This document shows positions 1-7,963 of a stretch of DNA of 64,000 bases, in pieces. The stretch covers positions 2,517,647 to 2,581,646 of the forward strand of contig OZ244071.1 in the NCBI GenBank assembly GCA_965215555.1, read 5' to 3'. Origin of the DNA: Dehalococcoidia bacterium. GTDB taxonomy: Bacteria; Chloroflexota; Dehalococcoidia; Bin125. Position 1 is the first letter of the stretch. Each line of letters starts with the position of its first letter. The position numbers were made by a program, and so were the translations under genes. The notes below the pieces were generated by a model, which searched no databases, was not told the origin of the DNA, and worked only from the letters and a program-made list of their open reading frames with translations.

Positions 1-326
1 TGCGCCAGGGCTGAGTCGCCGCGTCCAATCCCCAGATACGCGCGACCGCCGCTCTCGGCCTGGATCGCCGCAATCGCCGAGGCGGTCACGGCAGGATGAC
101 GCGTGTAGGAGTTGGTCACCCCCGTGCCCAGCTTGAGCCTCGTCGTTGCATGCGCAGCGACGGTCAACGCGACGTAGCAGTCGCTCGCTCGGTTCTGGCT
201 GTCGACGAACGTGATGCCGTCGTAACCCAGCTCCTCAGCGCGTTGTGCTTGGCGGGCCGAGGTGAATACGGAGGGATCTCCACTCGAGGCGCGCCCTCGG
301 CCTGCTGTCCAGAATTCCACTGCCAT
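1..326 (-). CDS. LLM-class (luciferase-like) flavin-dependent oxidoreductase, N-terminal part; the gene runs off the window start
   Basis: Minus-strand frame starts with ATG at 326-324 (MAVEFW...). DNA of 1-320 is clearly paralogous to 1080-1399, the N-terminus of the next gene. Confidence 0.65.
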   Translation of the reverse strand, partial: MAVEFWTAGRGRASSGDPSVFTSARQAQRAEELGYDGITFVDSQNRASDCYVALTVAAHATTRLKLGTGVTNSYTRHPAVTASAIAAIQAESGGRAYLGIGRGDSALA

Positions 327-328
327 GA

Positions 329-1399
329 CTACGAGCCCTTCAACTGCGGGATCACGTCCTGCGTGAAGCGGACGCTTGATTCGGTGTCGGGATCGTTCGG
401 ATCGAGCGGGGATCCGCGGAAGATGAAGCGGTCGATGCCGATATCAATCAACTCACCGAGACGCTGGACGCAATAGTCGGGCGAGCCAAAGACGCCAAAG
501 GAGCGCTCGAACTCGGTCGGGATCACCTCGGCCTGCGCGCTACCGGGACGGCCATGTCCGTGCATGTCGTAGGCGTCGTGGATGTCGGTCAGGACCCTGG
601 TCTGCTGCTCCGTCGCTGGGCCGACGACTTCGCCGTACATGTTGGAGAACCGAGCAAACAGCGACACCTGACCAGCGCCAATCCGCATCGCCTGTTCAGG
701 ATCGTCGTGAACGGCCAGCGGGATGTATGCAGCGAATGGGATCTCCGGGTCGAGTCCTGCTTCGTCGCGGGCTGTACGCGCTACGTCCATGCCCCAGCGG
801 GTGCGCTCCACGTCGGCGCCGACGTTGAAGCTGACCCGATCGGCGTGCCGAGCGGCAGCCTGGATCACGCGCGGTCCGGTCGCCGCGACGTCAACTGGCA
901 CTTTGGGACCCATGCGATTCATGTAGCGGATGTTGCTGGCCTGCGGCGTGTCGGCCAGGCCAAGCGCGCCGACATCGCTCTCGTCGAAGCCAACGCTCTC
1001 GCCGCGCAGGTATGCCTGGAGTTCCTCCAAGTAGCGCTCGAACGGGCCGACGCCATGGGGCGCCAGTCCGAGATGGGCCAACGCCGAGTCTCCCCGACCA
1101 ATACCCATGTGCGCCCGACCGCGACTCTCGGCCTGCACTGTGGCAATGCACGACGCTGTGATCGCAGCGTGTCGCGTATATGAATTGGTCACGCCGGTGC
1201 CCAGTTGGATGCGTGATGTCGCGTGGGCGGCCAGCGCCATTGAAATGTAACAATCGGGAGCGAGGTTCTGGCTATCGACCCAGACGATGCCGTCGTAGCC
1301 CATCTGCTCGGCCTGTACGGCCATCTGCACGCCATCGAATACGGCCGGATCATCGTTGGTCGGCACACCGGCACCCATGGTCCAGAATTCCACTGGCAT
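329..1399 (-). CDS. LLM-class flavin-dependent oxidoreductase (F420/FMN luciferase-like monooxygenase family)
   Basis: ORF 329..1486 with MPVEFWTMGAGVP... and typical LLM TIM-barrel motifs. Start chosen at ATG 1399, preceded by GAGGAG. Tandem paralog of the previous gene with a 2-nt gap. Confidence 0.8.
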   Translation of the reverse strand: MPVEFWTMGAGVPTNDDPAVFDGVQMAVQAEQMGYDGIVWVDSQNLAPDCYISMALAAHATSRIQLGTGVTNSYTRHAAITASCIATVQAESRGRAHMGIGRGDSALAHLGLAPHGVGPFERYLEELQAYLRGESVGFDESDVGALGLADTPQASNIRYMNRMGPKVPVDVAATGPRVIQAAARHADRVSFNVGADVERTRWGMDVARTARDEAGLDPEIPFAAYIPLAVHDDPEQAMRIGAGQVSLFARFSNMYGEVVGPATEQQTRVLTDIHDAYDMHGHGRPGSAQAEVIPTEFERSFGVFGSPDYCVQRLGELIDIGIDRFIFRGSPLDPNDPDTESSVRFTQDVIPQLKGS

Positions 1400-1591
1400 C
1401 TGAGATCTCCTCAACTTGACCGCTGTTGGTGATTGGCTGGAGGGTAGCTCCTCTCCATGGCAGGTCGCCATTGCAGGACGACGCATCTACGGCCGAGTGG
1501 AAGGACAGACGCAATGAAACCGCCTACCGACCATCGCTGAGAGCGTCGGCCCGAGCCGGCGTCGGCGCGGCCAGCTGCGGTTGCTCGGCGG

Positions 1592-1687
1592 ATGGGCGTG
1601 GATGACAGCGTCGCCTTCCACTACGGACGAGGCAAGCTCACGGTCCGCGAGCGGATTAGCCGGCGGGAAGATCGAGAAGCCTCCTGA
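1592..1687 (+). pseudogene. Short duplicated fragment of the acyl-CoA carboxyltransferase N-terminus (gene remnant)
   Basis: MGVDDSVAFHYGRGKLTVRERI... matches residues around ADSVAFHHGRGKLTVRERIELL of the gene at 4133..5695. About 60 nt of near-identity (1604-1665 vs 4205-4265), then a stop. Confidence 0.5.
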
Positions 1688-1708
1688 CTCGCTGCTAGTC
1701 TGTCGCCA

Positions 1709-4060
1709 ATGAATTGGATCGGCGGGATTCCTCGATGTGCCCCACACACTGAGACGACTTCGCGACATCACCTGTTGACCGTGTTCCTGGTGATCTTTGC
1801 GATCGCCGTCGCGATGAGCATCGCGACATCCGTCGCTCAAGCCGCCGATTCGGACACTGAGACGATCGAACTTGAACCAGGTGACAATTTCATCGGCTGG
1901 GTGGCGGAGCCGATCGCGGTCGCAGACATCTTCAAAGCGATCCCGCAGGCGGCTCTGATTTATCGCTGGGACGCCGACTCGCGGAAGTATCAACATGCGA
2001 TCCGCGAGATCGGCGGCAGTCTGGAAACGCTCCAGCCCGGCATGGCCGCGAATATACGTATCGAGGGCCAAGAGAGTGTCAAGTGGGAACGGCCGCTGAC
2101 GCCTGCCAAGGGCATGGTGCCGCTGTACTCGGGCGTGAACTGGGTCGCCTGGAACGGCCGCGATGACTGGCCGCTCGACCAGGTCGCGAGAGGTATCGGC
2201 AAGTCATTAGTCAGCATCGAAGTACGAGGTAATATCTACGAGCCTGATACTGAGTCCAACATCCCATCAATCCGTCGCGGCGACGCGCTCCGAGTCACCG
2301 TCAACCGAGACCTGCGCTGGCTGCAGCCAACGGGCATGATGCCCAAGGTGGTATTGGTCGGGGACATCCCGGAGTCACTTAACGATGAGATCATGGCTGA
2401 TATTAGAAGCGTTATGGAGTTCCTGTCCGAAACGTTCGCAATCGAGACGGATTTCTCAGGGACGACCATATTGCTGTATAGCGATATCGATGCAGCAGTC
2501 GACCACGCAGAGTCCAGCGCAGAACCGCATCTTGGCTATTCTCCAGACAGGCTTCGCGGAACCTTGGCATCCGGTCGGATTGCACAAGCACATCCATGGG
2601 GGTTTTTCATGTCTGCTTGTGGCTGGCTGACGCCGAGTCCGCCGCCATGCTACGGCCGGACGACAGAGACAATCGCTCATGAGTGGTTCCATGTGTTGCA
2701 AAGTCAGCTGTCTGCGAAGCAACGTGTGCGTAAGTCACCGGTGTGGATGGATGAGGGAGGTGCTACATGGGCAGAATGGCAATTGCCGAGCGAATTGCGT
2801 AAAGCGTCGAGTGAAGGCTCCAGACAGTGGAGACTCGATCGTGTCGCAGGAACAACTGAACCGCTAGAGAGCGCGGAAGCCGCCTACCACGGTTGGGAAT
2901 ACGATCTGGGCTCGTTGGCAGCCGATCGGTTGGTCAACCTGAGTGGCGCAGATTCACTGCTTGAGTTCTACCGCCAGCTGCATCCACAAATCATTGGCGA
3001 TGAGCGTCTCTGGGTGCGTGACCCATCTTGGCGCGAAGCGTTTGACGATGTATTCGGGCTGACCGCCGACCAGTTCTATGCGGATTATGCAGCCTGGCGG
3101 CAAACGCTGCCGAGACCTGCTCAACGGGTCAACTACGATCCAAACGACGTGAAACTCTCCGGGACAATCGAGCAAAGCGACGGCTCCCCTGCCACGGGGT
3201 TCATCTTCGTCGCCGAAGCGTATGATGGCGAGATTTCCGTCGGCATTCAGAATGCCGCGATCGTTGATGAAGCTGGGAACTTCTCTGTTTGGCTCGAGCC
3301 AGACACGATACACCGGGTCTGGGTGACACATGACAGCTGCACACTCTGGCCTACCGACAGCGGGCTGACAACTGTGCTCCCACAGCCGGGACAATACCGC
3401 GATCTCGACACTCGCAACCTACCGAGTCTGAATTTGAAGTTGCCTGAAGGCGCATGCGAGAACATACTGCGCGCTACCATCACTAGCTTGCGTGATGATC
3501 CACGCTACCTCGATGTGCTACTCATCGATGACGAGACACACAAATGGACACATGTACGGCGTCAAATCGGCGGCGCACATGTTGGTCATGCGCCACAGCC
3601 CGGGAAGTATCTGTTGCGCGTCAGGATCGGTGACTGCGGAGTGTACTACGCCAATGATGGTATGGTCGCCTTTAGACATGATGCCGATGTCCTGGAGATT
3701 GGCAAAGCCCCCGTTTCGATTGACTTCCGTGTACCGAAAAACATGTGCGTGCGACAGATTAGCGGCCGGCTTCTCAACGAAGATGGGGTGGCGGTCGGAG
3801 GAGTGTGGCTGAGCGCTTGGTACAATGGAGCCGAAAGTGGTGGCCAAACATCTGCGTCCGGAGACTTCAGCATCACCGTTCCCGAATCAGGACACTACAA
3901 GCTCCATATCTGGACCAGAGTTGCAGGATGTTACGTCAACTATGCAAATGCAGGCGCTACCACCGACTCGCGCCGAGCAACTCAAATCACTGTCGCCGAT
4001 GAGGATGTGACCGGTATCGAGTTCGTCGTGCCCAACGACCCTGCGAGCCTCTGCGAGTGA
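1709..4060 (+). CDS. Secreted HExxH zinc-metallopeptidase-like protein with C-terminal beta-sandwich (carboxypeptidase-regulatory-like) domains
   Basis: N-terminal signal/TM LLTVFLVIFAIAVAMSIATSVAQA. HEWFH (HExxH) followed about 20 aa later by MDEGG (gluzincin-like E). C-terminal SGRLLNEDGVAVGGVWL... repeats. GC about 52-58%, far below the flanks. Confidence 0.5.
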   Translation: MNWIGGIPRCAPHTETTSRHHLLTVFLVIFAIAVAMSIATSVAQAADSDTETIELEPGDNFIGWVAEPIAVADIFKAIPQAALIYRWDADSRKYQHAIREIGGSLETLQPGMAANIRIEGQESVKWERPLTPAKGMVPLYSGVNWVAWNGRDDWPLDQVARGIGKSLVSIEVRGNIYEPDTESNIPSIRRGDALRVTVNRDLRWLQPTGMMPKVVLVGDIPESLNDEIMADIRSVMEFLSETFAIETDFSGTTILLYSDIDAAVDHAESSAEPHLGYSPDRLRGTLASGRIAQAHPWGFFMSACGWLTPSPPPCYGRTTETIAHEWFHVLQSQLSAKQRVRKSPVWMDEGGATWAEWQLPSELRKASSEGSRQWRLDRVAGTTEPLESAEAAYHGWEYDLGSLAADRLVNLSGADSLLEFYRQLHPQIIGDERLWVRDPSWREAFDDVFGLTADQFYADYAAWRQTLPRPAQRVNYDPNDVKLSGTIEQSDGSPATGFIFVAEAYDGEISVGIQNAAIVDEAGNFSVWLEPDTIHRVWVTHDSCTLWPTDSGLTTVLPQPGQYRDLDTRNLPSLNLKLPEGACENILRATITSLRDDPRYLDVLLIDDETHKWTHVRRQIGGAHVGHAPQPGKYLLRVRIGDCGVYYANDGMVAFRHDADVLEIGKAPVSIDFRVPKNMCVRQISGRLLNEDGVAVGGVWLSAWYNGAESGGQTSASGDFSITVPESGHYKLHIWTRVAGCYVNYANAGATTDSRRATQITVADEDVTGIEFVVPNDPASLCE

Positions 4061-4132
4061 GACGGATGCAGCCCGACCGGTCGCTTCGTATCATCGTCCG
4101 TGACGCTTTCCGTCACTACGAGGGAGCAGCCA

Positions 4133-5695
4133 ATGAGCTGGCAGCCTGAGTTGGATGAGATGGAACGGCGGGCTGCGCTGGCTCGGCAGATGGGTGGGGC
4201 GGACAGCGTCGCCTTCCACCATGGACGAGGCAAACTCACGGTCCGTGAGCGGATTGAGCTGCTGATCGATCCTGGCGAGTTCCAGGAGACCGGCGTGCTG
4301 GCCGGCAACCCTCAATGGGATGGCAACGAACTTTCCGGCCTGACGCCTGCCAATGCCGTGGTGGGTGTGGCCAAGATCAACGGACGCAAAGTCGCAGTCC
4401 AGGGCGACGACTTCACCATTCGCGGCGGTTCGGCCGACGGCATGATCGGGACCAAGAACGGCTGGGCGATGCGCCACGCCTACATGAACCGGATCCCGTA
4501 CGTGCGTCTGCTCGACGCCACCGGCGGCAGCGTCAAGCACTTCGAGCAGCTCGGCCGCACCTACGTCGTCGGACCGGAGGTCGGCGGCGGTACCGGAGTC
4601 GACGACTTCCTCTGGTACATGCCGCTTGTCAATGTCGTGCTTGGCTCAGTCGCCGGCGCGCCGGCGGTGATCGCCTGCGACGGACATTTCAACGTGATGG
4701 TCAAAGGGACAAGCCAGCTATTCGTCGGTGGACCGCCGGTGGTCAAGGCGAGCCGCGGACTGGACATCTCCAAGGAAGAACTGGGTGGTGAGGATGTTCA
4801 TGTCTACGGCAACGGAGTCGTGCAGAACCTCGCCGAGACTGAGGAAGATGCGATGCACCAGGTCCGCCGCTTCCTGAGCTACCTACCGCAAAACGTCTGG
4901 GAAATGCCGCCACGGCTGGAACCGACCGATGACCCAGAGCGTCGCGAAGAGCGACTGCTCTCAGTCATCCCTCGCAACATGCGCAGGATCTACAACGTTC
5001 GCAAGATCTTGGATTGGGTGCTCGACAAAGACTCCTTCTTCGAGATCCAACCACATTGGGGCAAGTCGAGGATCACGGGACTCGCACGCGTTGACGGCTA
5101 CCCGGTTGGCGTGATGATCAACAACCCGCGCGAGAATGGCGGCTCGCCGAACAAGGACACGTCTGAGAAGATCATGCGCATGATCTCGCTCTGCGACACC
5201 TTCCACCTGCCGCTGGTCTATTTCTGCGACGAGCCCGGATTCTCGGTCGGTCCGGCCGACGAACAGTCCGGTCTCGTTCGCACAGGCGCGCGATTGATGT
5301 TGACCAGCCGGCTCTCGCAGATGCCCTACCTCGTCTTCATCACACGACAGGCGTACGGCGTCGCCGGAGGACTGCAGTACCGGCGAGGCAACGCGCTCTA
5401 CCGTCGCTACGCCTGGCCGTCGGCGCACTGGGGATCGATGCACATCGAGGGTGGTGTGACCGCCGCCTACCGTCGTGAAATCCGCGAGTCGGACGATCCG
5501 GAGGCCAAGCGCCTGGAGATCGAGGGGAGGCTCAACGAGATCCGCTCACCCATGAGAACCGCGCACGCATTCGGCATCGAGGACATGATCGATCCCAGAG
5601 AAACACGCCCGCTGCTAGTCGATTTCGTCCGCGACGCACAGTCCTACATCGCGCAACACCTCGGTCCAACGACTCGTATTCCTTACATGCCGTAG
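4133..5695 (+). CDS. Acyl-CoA carboxylase carboxyltransferase subunit (propionyl-CoA carboxylase beta / methylmalonyl-CoA carboxyltransferase family)
   Basis: ORF 4100..5695. Conserved GGADSVAFHHGRGKLTVRERIELLIDPGEF and the two crotonase-like CT halves. Start placed at ATG 4133, after GAGGGAG. Confidence 0.85.
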   Translation: MSWQPELDEMERRAALARQMGGADSVAFHHGRGKLTVRERIELLIDPGEFQETGVLAGNPQWDGNELSGLTPANAVVGVAKINGRKVAVQGDDFTIRGGSADGMIGTKNGWAMRHAYMNRIPYVRLLDATGGSVKHFEQLGRTYVVGPEVGGGTGVDDFLWYMPLVNVVLGSVAGAPAVIACDGHFNVMVKGTSQLFVGGPPVVKASRGLDISKEELGGEDVHVYGNGVVQNLAETEEDAMHQVRRFLSYLPQNVWEMPPRLEPTDDPERREERLLSVIPRNMRRIYNVRKILDWVLDKDSFFEIQPHWGKSRITGLARVDGYPVGVMINNPRENGGSPNKDTSEKIMRMISLCDTFHLPLVYFCDEPGFSVGPADEQSGLVRTGARLMLTSRLSQMPYLVFITRQAYGVAGGLQYRRGNALYRRYAWPSAHWGSMHIEGGVTAAYRREIRESDDPEAKRLEIEGRLNEIRSPMRTAHAFGIEDMIDPRETRPLLVDFVRDAQSYIAQHLGPTTRIPYMP

Positions 5696-6012
5696 TGGGG
5701 AAGTGCAGGCCCCGCGATAGACTGACAGCAAGCAATGGACGGTGGAGCAGGACCATGCGCGGACGAAGCGTCTTGAGGCCGCGAGTCAATCGCTACATTG
5801 AGATTTCGCGACCTCGGCGTTCATTTTGGACAGGCGCGGCGCGCCTCTGGGACTTTTCGGGCGCGTTGACTCCTCGGGTCAAGGTCAGGCGGTCGTTGTC
5901 AACCAAGACTGCGGCGGAAGCTCTAGCGGGGGACTGGGCCGTTGTCGGAAGAGATCTCCGAGAGGCCATGTCTTCGCAAGGCGAGTCAAGTGACCGGAAC
6001 GTCGTCTGAGCG

Positions 6013-6513
6013 ATGGCACGCTCGGAGCAGGACTACGAGGCATCGGCTGTCGAACCGCTGGAGTCGAATCGTTCGTTAGGCGCCGTCGTTCGCACCGAAT
6101 CCTCAGCCCTGCATGCAGGACCGTTGCCGCATCCTGACCAGTTTCGCCAATACGAGGAGACACTTCCAGGTGCAGCCGACCGTATTCTGACAATGGCCGA
6201 ACAGGAGTCGCAGCATCGACAGCTCATGGAGCGGAGCGTTCTGGACCTGGAAGAAGCGAGCATTGAGCTTCAGCGAGAGGTCACCCGAGAAGAGATTGCG
6301 CAATCGCGTTTAGGTCTCGTCATCGGGGCGTTTATCTCCGTCATTCTGGTTGTCACTGCGTTGGTCGTTGCCGTGATCGGCCACCCTTGGCCAGCCGTTG
6401 TGATAGGTACAGCGGACATCGTCGCTTTGGCCAGCATCTTCGTTTACGGCGCACGCACACGTAGCATCGACCAAGACTCCCCAGAAATTGTCGGCGAAGG
6501 CAATGAGGAGTGA
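6013..6513 (+). CDS. Membrane protein, DUF2335-like
   Basis: N-terminal PLPHPDQFRQYEETLPGAADRIL motif followed by two TM helices. Family assignment is from memory of the motif. Confidence 0.45.
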   Translation: MARSEQDYEASAVEPLESNRSLGAVVRTESSALHAGPLPHPDQFRQYEETLPGAADRILTMAEQESQHRQLMERSVLDLEEASIELQREVTREEIAQSRLGLVIGAFISVILVVTALVVAVIGHPWPAVVIGTADIVALASIFVYGARTRSIDQDSPEIVGEGNEE

Positions 6514-6580
6514 GATTGCCGCCGGCATCTAATGTGCCGATGGCCATTGATGGTATTCCTAAGTCGGTGAAGCGGCACGC

Positions 6581-7816
6581 CTAGAACGGTGGAGCCTTGT
6601 GCGACTCGACTTCCCCGATCGAGTCCGCGTCATAACCAAGTTCCCTCATCACTTCTGACGTGTGTTGGCCCAGGTCGGAGAACGAGTTCTTTGGCTCTCC
6701 CGGAGTACGGCTCATCCGGATCGGGATGCCGGCGACTCGACGCCGACCGACGTGGGGGATGTCCTTCTCCACGATGTAGCCGTTGACTAGCGCTTGCTCG
6801 TCGTTGAGCACCTCTTCGTAGTTCTGCACCCGTTGGGCAGTGATGCCGTCGGGGTGAATCTCAAAGAACGCTTGCCATGCTTCACTGGTTCGGCTCTTGA
6901 TCATTTCGGCGACGAATGGGCGTACGTCTTTGGCGGAGTCCATTGCCTGCTGGTCTCGGTAGGGATCACGCCCCTCGCGATGGTTCCATCGCGGATCGTC
7001 GGCGAGTTGAGGATTGCCGCCAAACTCGCAGAACTCGCGCCAGGTCTCGTCGTCACGGATGCCCATGCAGAATGCGACGCCGTCGGAGGCCTCGTAGATC
7101 CCGGTCATCGCCGAGACGACGGGATGAAAGCCGCCGTCCCTGGTTGGCAAGCGCCCGGTCGCTGAGGTGTGGTTGATCTCCCAGGCCTGCATCCAGATCA
7201 TCGCTCCGTATGACGAAGTCTGCACTTTCTGGCCGAGCCCGTCGCGTTGACGTGCGACCAGCGCCGTCAGCACACCCATGGCGAGCGCCATCGCGCCGCC
7301 GGTGTCGGCGATGATCGTGCCCGGAATGAGCTGCGGATCATCGGGTGTGCCTGTGACGCCGGATATGCCGCTGCGCGCTTGGGCGAACTGGTCGCTCATT
7401 CGGTTCTCACGCGCTGGGCCGTCCGGACCGAAGCCGTTAGCGACGGCGTAGACCAGTCCGGGATTGCGCGCCGACAGTCGCTCGTAGCCCATCCCCATCC
7501 GCTCCAGCGCCGGTTCTCGATAGTTGCTCAGAAACACGTCGGCCGTGTCGACCAGCTTGTCGACCAACTCCAGCCCGATTTCGGTGTGGATGTCGACGCA
7601 GACCGAGCGCTTGCCGTGCGATGCGCCGATGAACTGCGTGCCCACCGACTCATACGGCAGGTCGTTGTTTGCGCCGCGGTACCAACGATTGGCGTCGCCG
7701 ACGGGAGGTTCGACCTTGATCACATCGGCGCCCATATCGGACAGGAATCCGCCTGCGGCCGGACCCTGTACGGCAATCGTCAGCTCCACAACCCGAATGC
7801 CCTCAAGCGCTTCCAT
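6581..7816 (-). CDS. CoA-transferase family III (CaiB/BaiF-like)
   Basis: GIRVVELTIAVQGPAAGGFLSDMGADVIKVEPP hallmark. Length is 411 aa. Confidence 0.85.
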   Translation of the reverse strand: MEALEGIRVVELTIAVQGPAAGGFLSDMGADVIKVEPPVGDANRWYRGANNDLPYESVGTQFIGASHGKRSVCVDIHTEIGLELVDKLVDTADVFLSNYREPALERMGMGYERLSARNPGLVYAVANGFGPDGPARENRMSDQFAQARSGISGVTGTPDDPQLIPGTIIADTGGAMALAMGVLTALVARQRDGLGQKVQTSSYGAMIWMQAWEINHTSATGRLPTRDGGFHPVVSAMTGIYEASDGVAFCMGIRDDETWREFCEFGGNPQLADDPRWNHREGRDPYRDQQAMDSAKDVRPFVAEMIKSRTSEAWQAFFEIHPDGITAQRVQNYEEVLNDEQALVNGYIVEKDIPHVGRRRVAGIPIRMSRTPGEPKNSFSDLGQHTSEVMRELGYDADSIGEVESHKAPPF

Positions 7817-7963
7817 CCTGCTCCTCCTTCATCGCTGGCTGCCATCGCCGGCTGCCGCTCATCCTGCGGCCAATCGCTAGTATGGCGGAGGCCGCAACCT
7901 CTCGCGTTGGATGGCATGCGGCGGACGAGTAAAGGGCCGTGTGTTGGGAGTCGGGATCCAGCC

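Noticed and set aside
4100-4132. Alternative upstream start MTLSVTTREQP for the carboxyltransferase
   Set aside because: ATG 4133 has a properly spaced GAGGGAG RBS, and the conserved N-terminal helix begins right after it. The upstream start lacks an RBS.
5695-6009. 104-aa ORF in the carboxyltransferase/DUF2335 spacer
   Set aside because: Arg-rich, no RBS and no family resemblance. Probably a non-coding intergenic region, although a small regulatory protein cannot be excluded.
7247-7963. N-terminal 239-codon extension of the ORF containing the tandem CoA-transferase
   Set aside because: It overlaps the divergent caiB-like gene on the other strand. The conserved family-III N-terminus (VRVLDLSD) begins right after ATG 7964, so the extension is non-coding.
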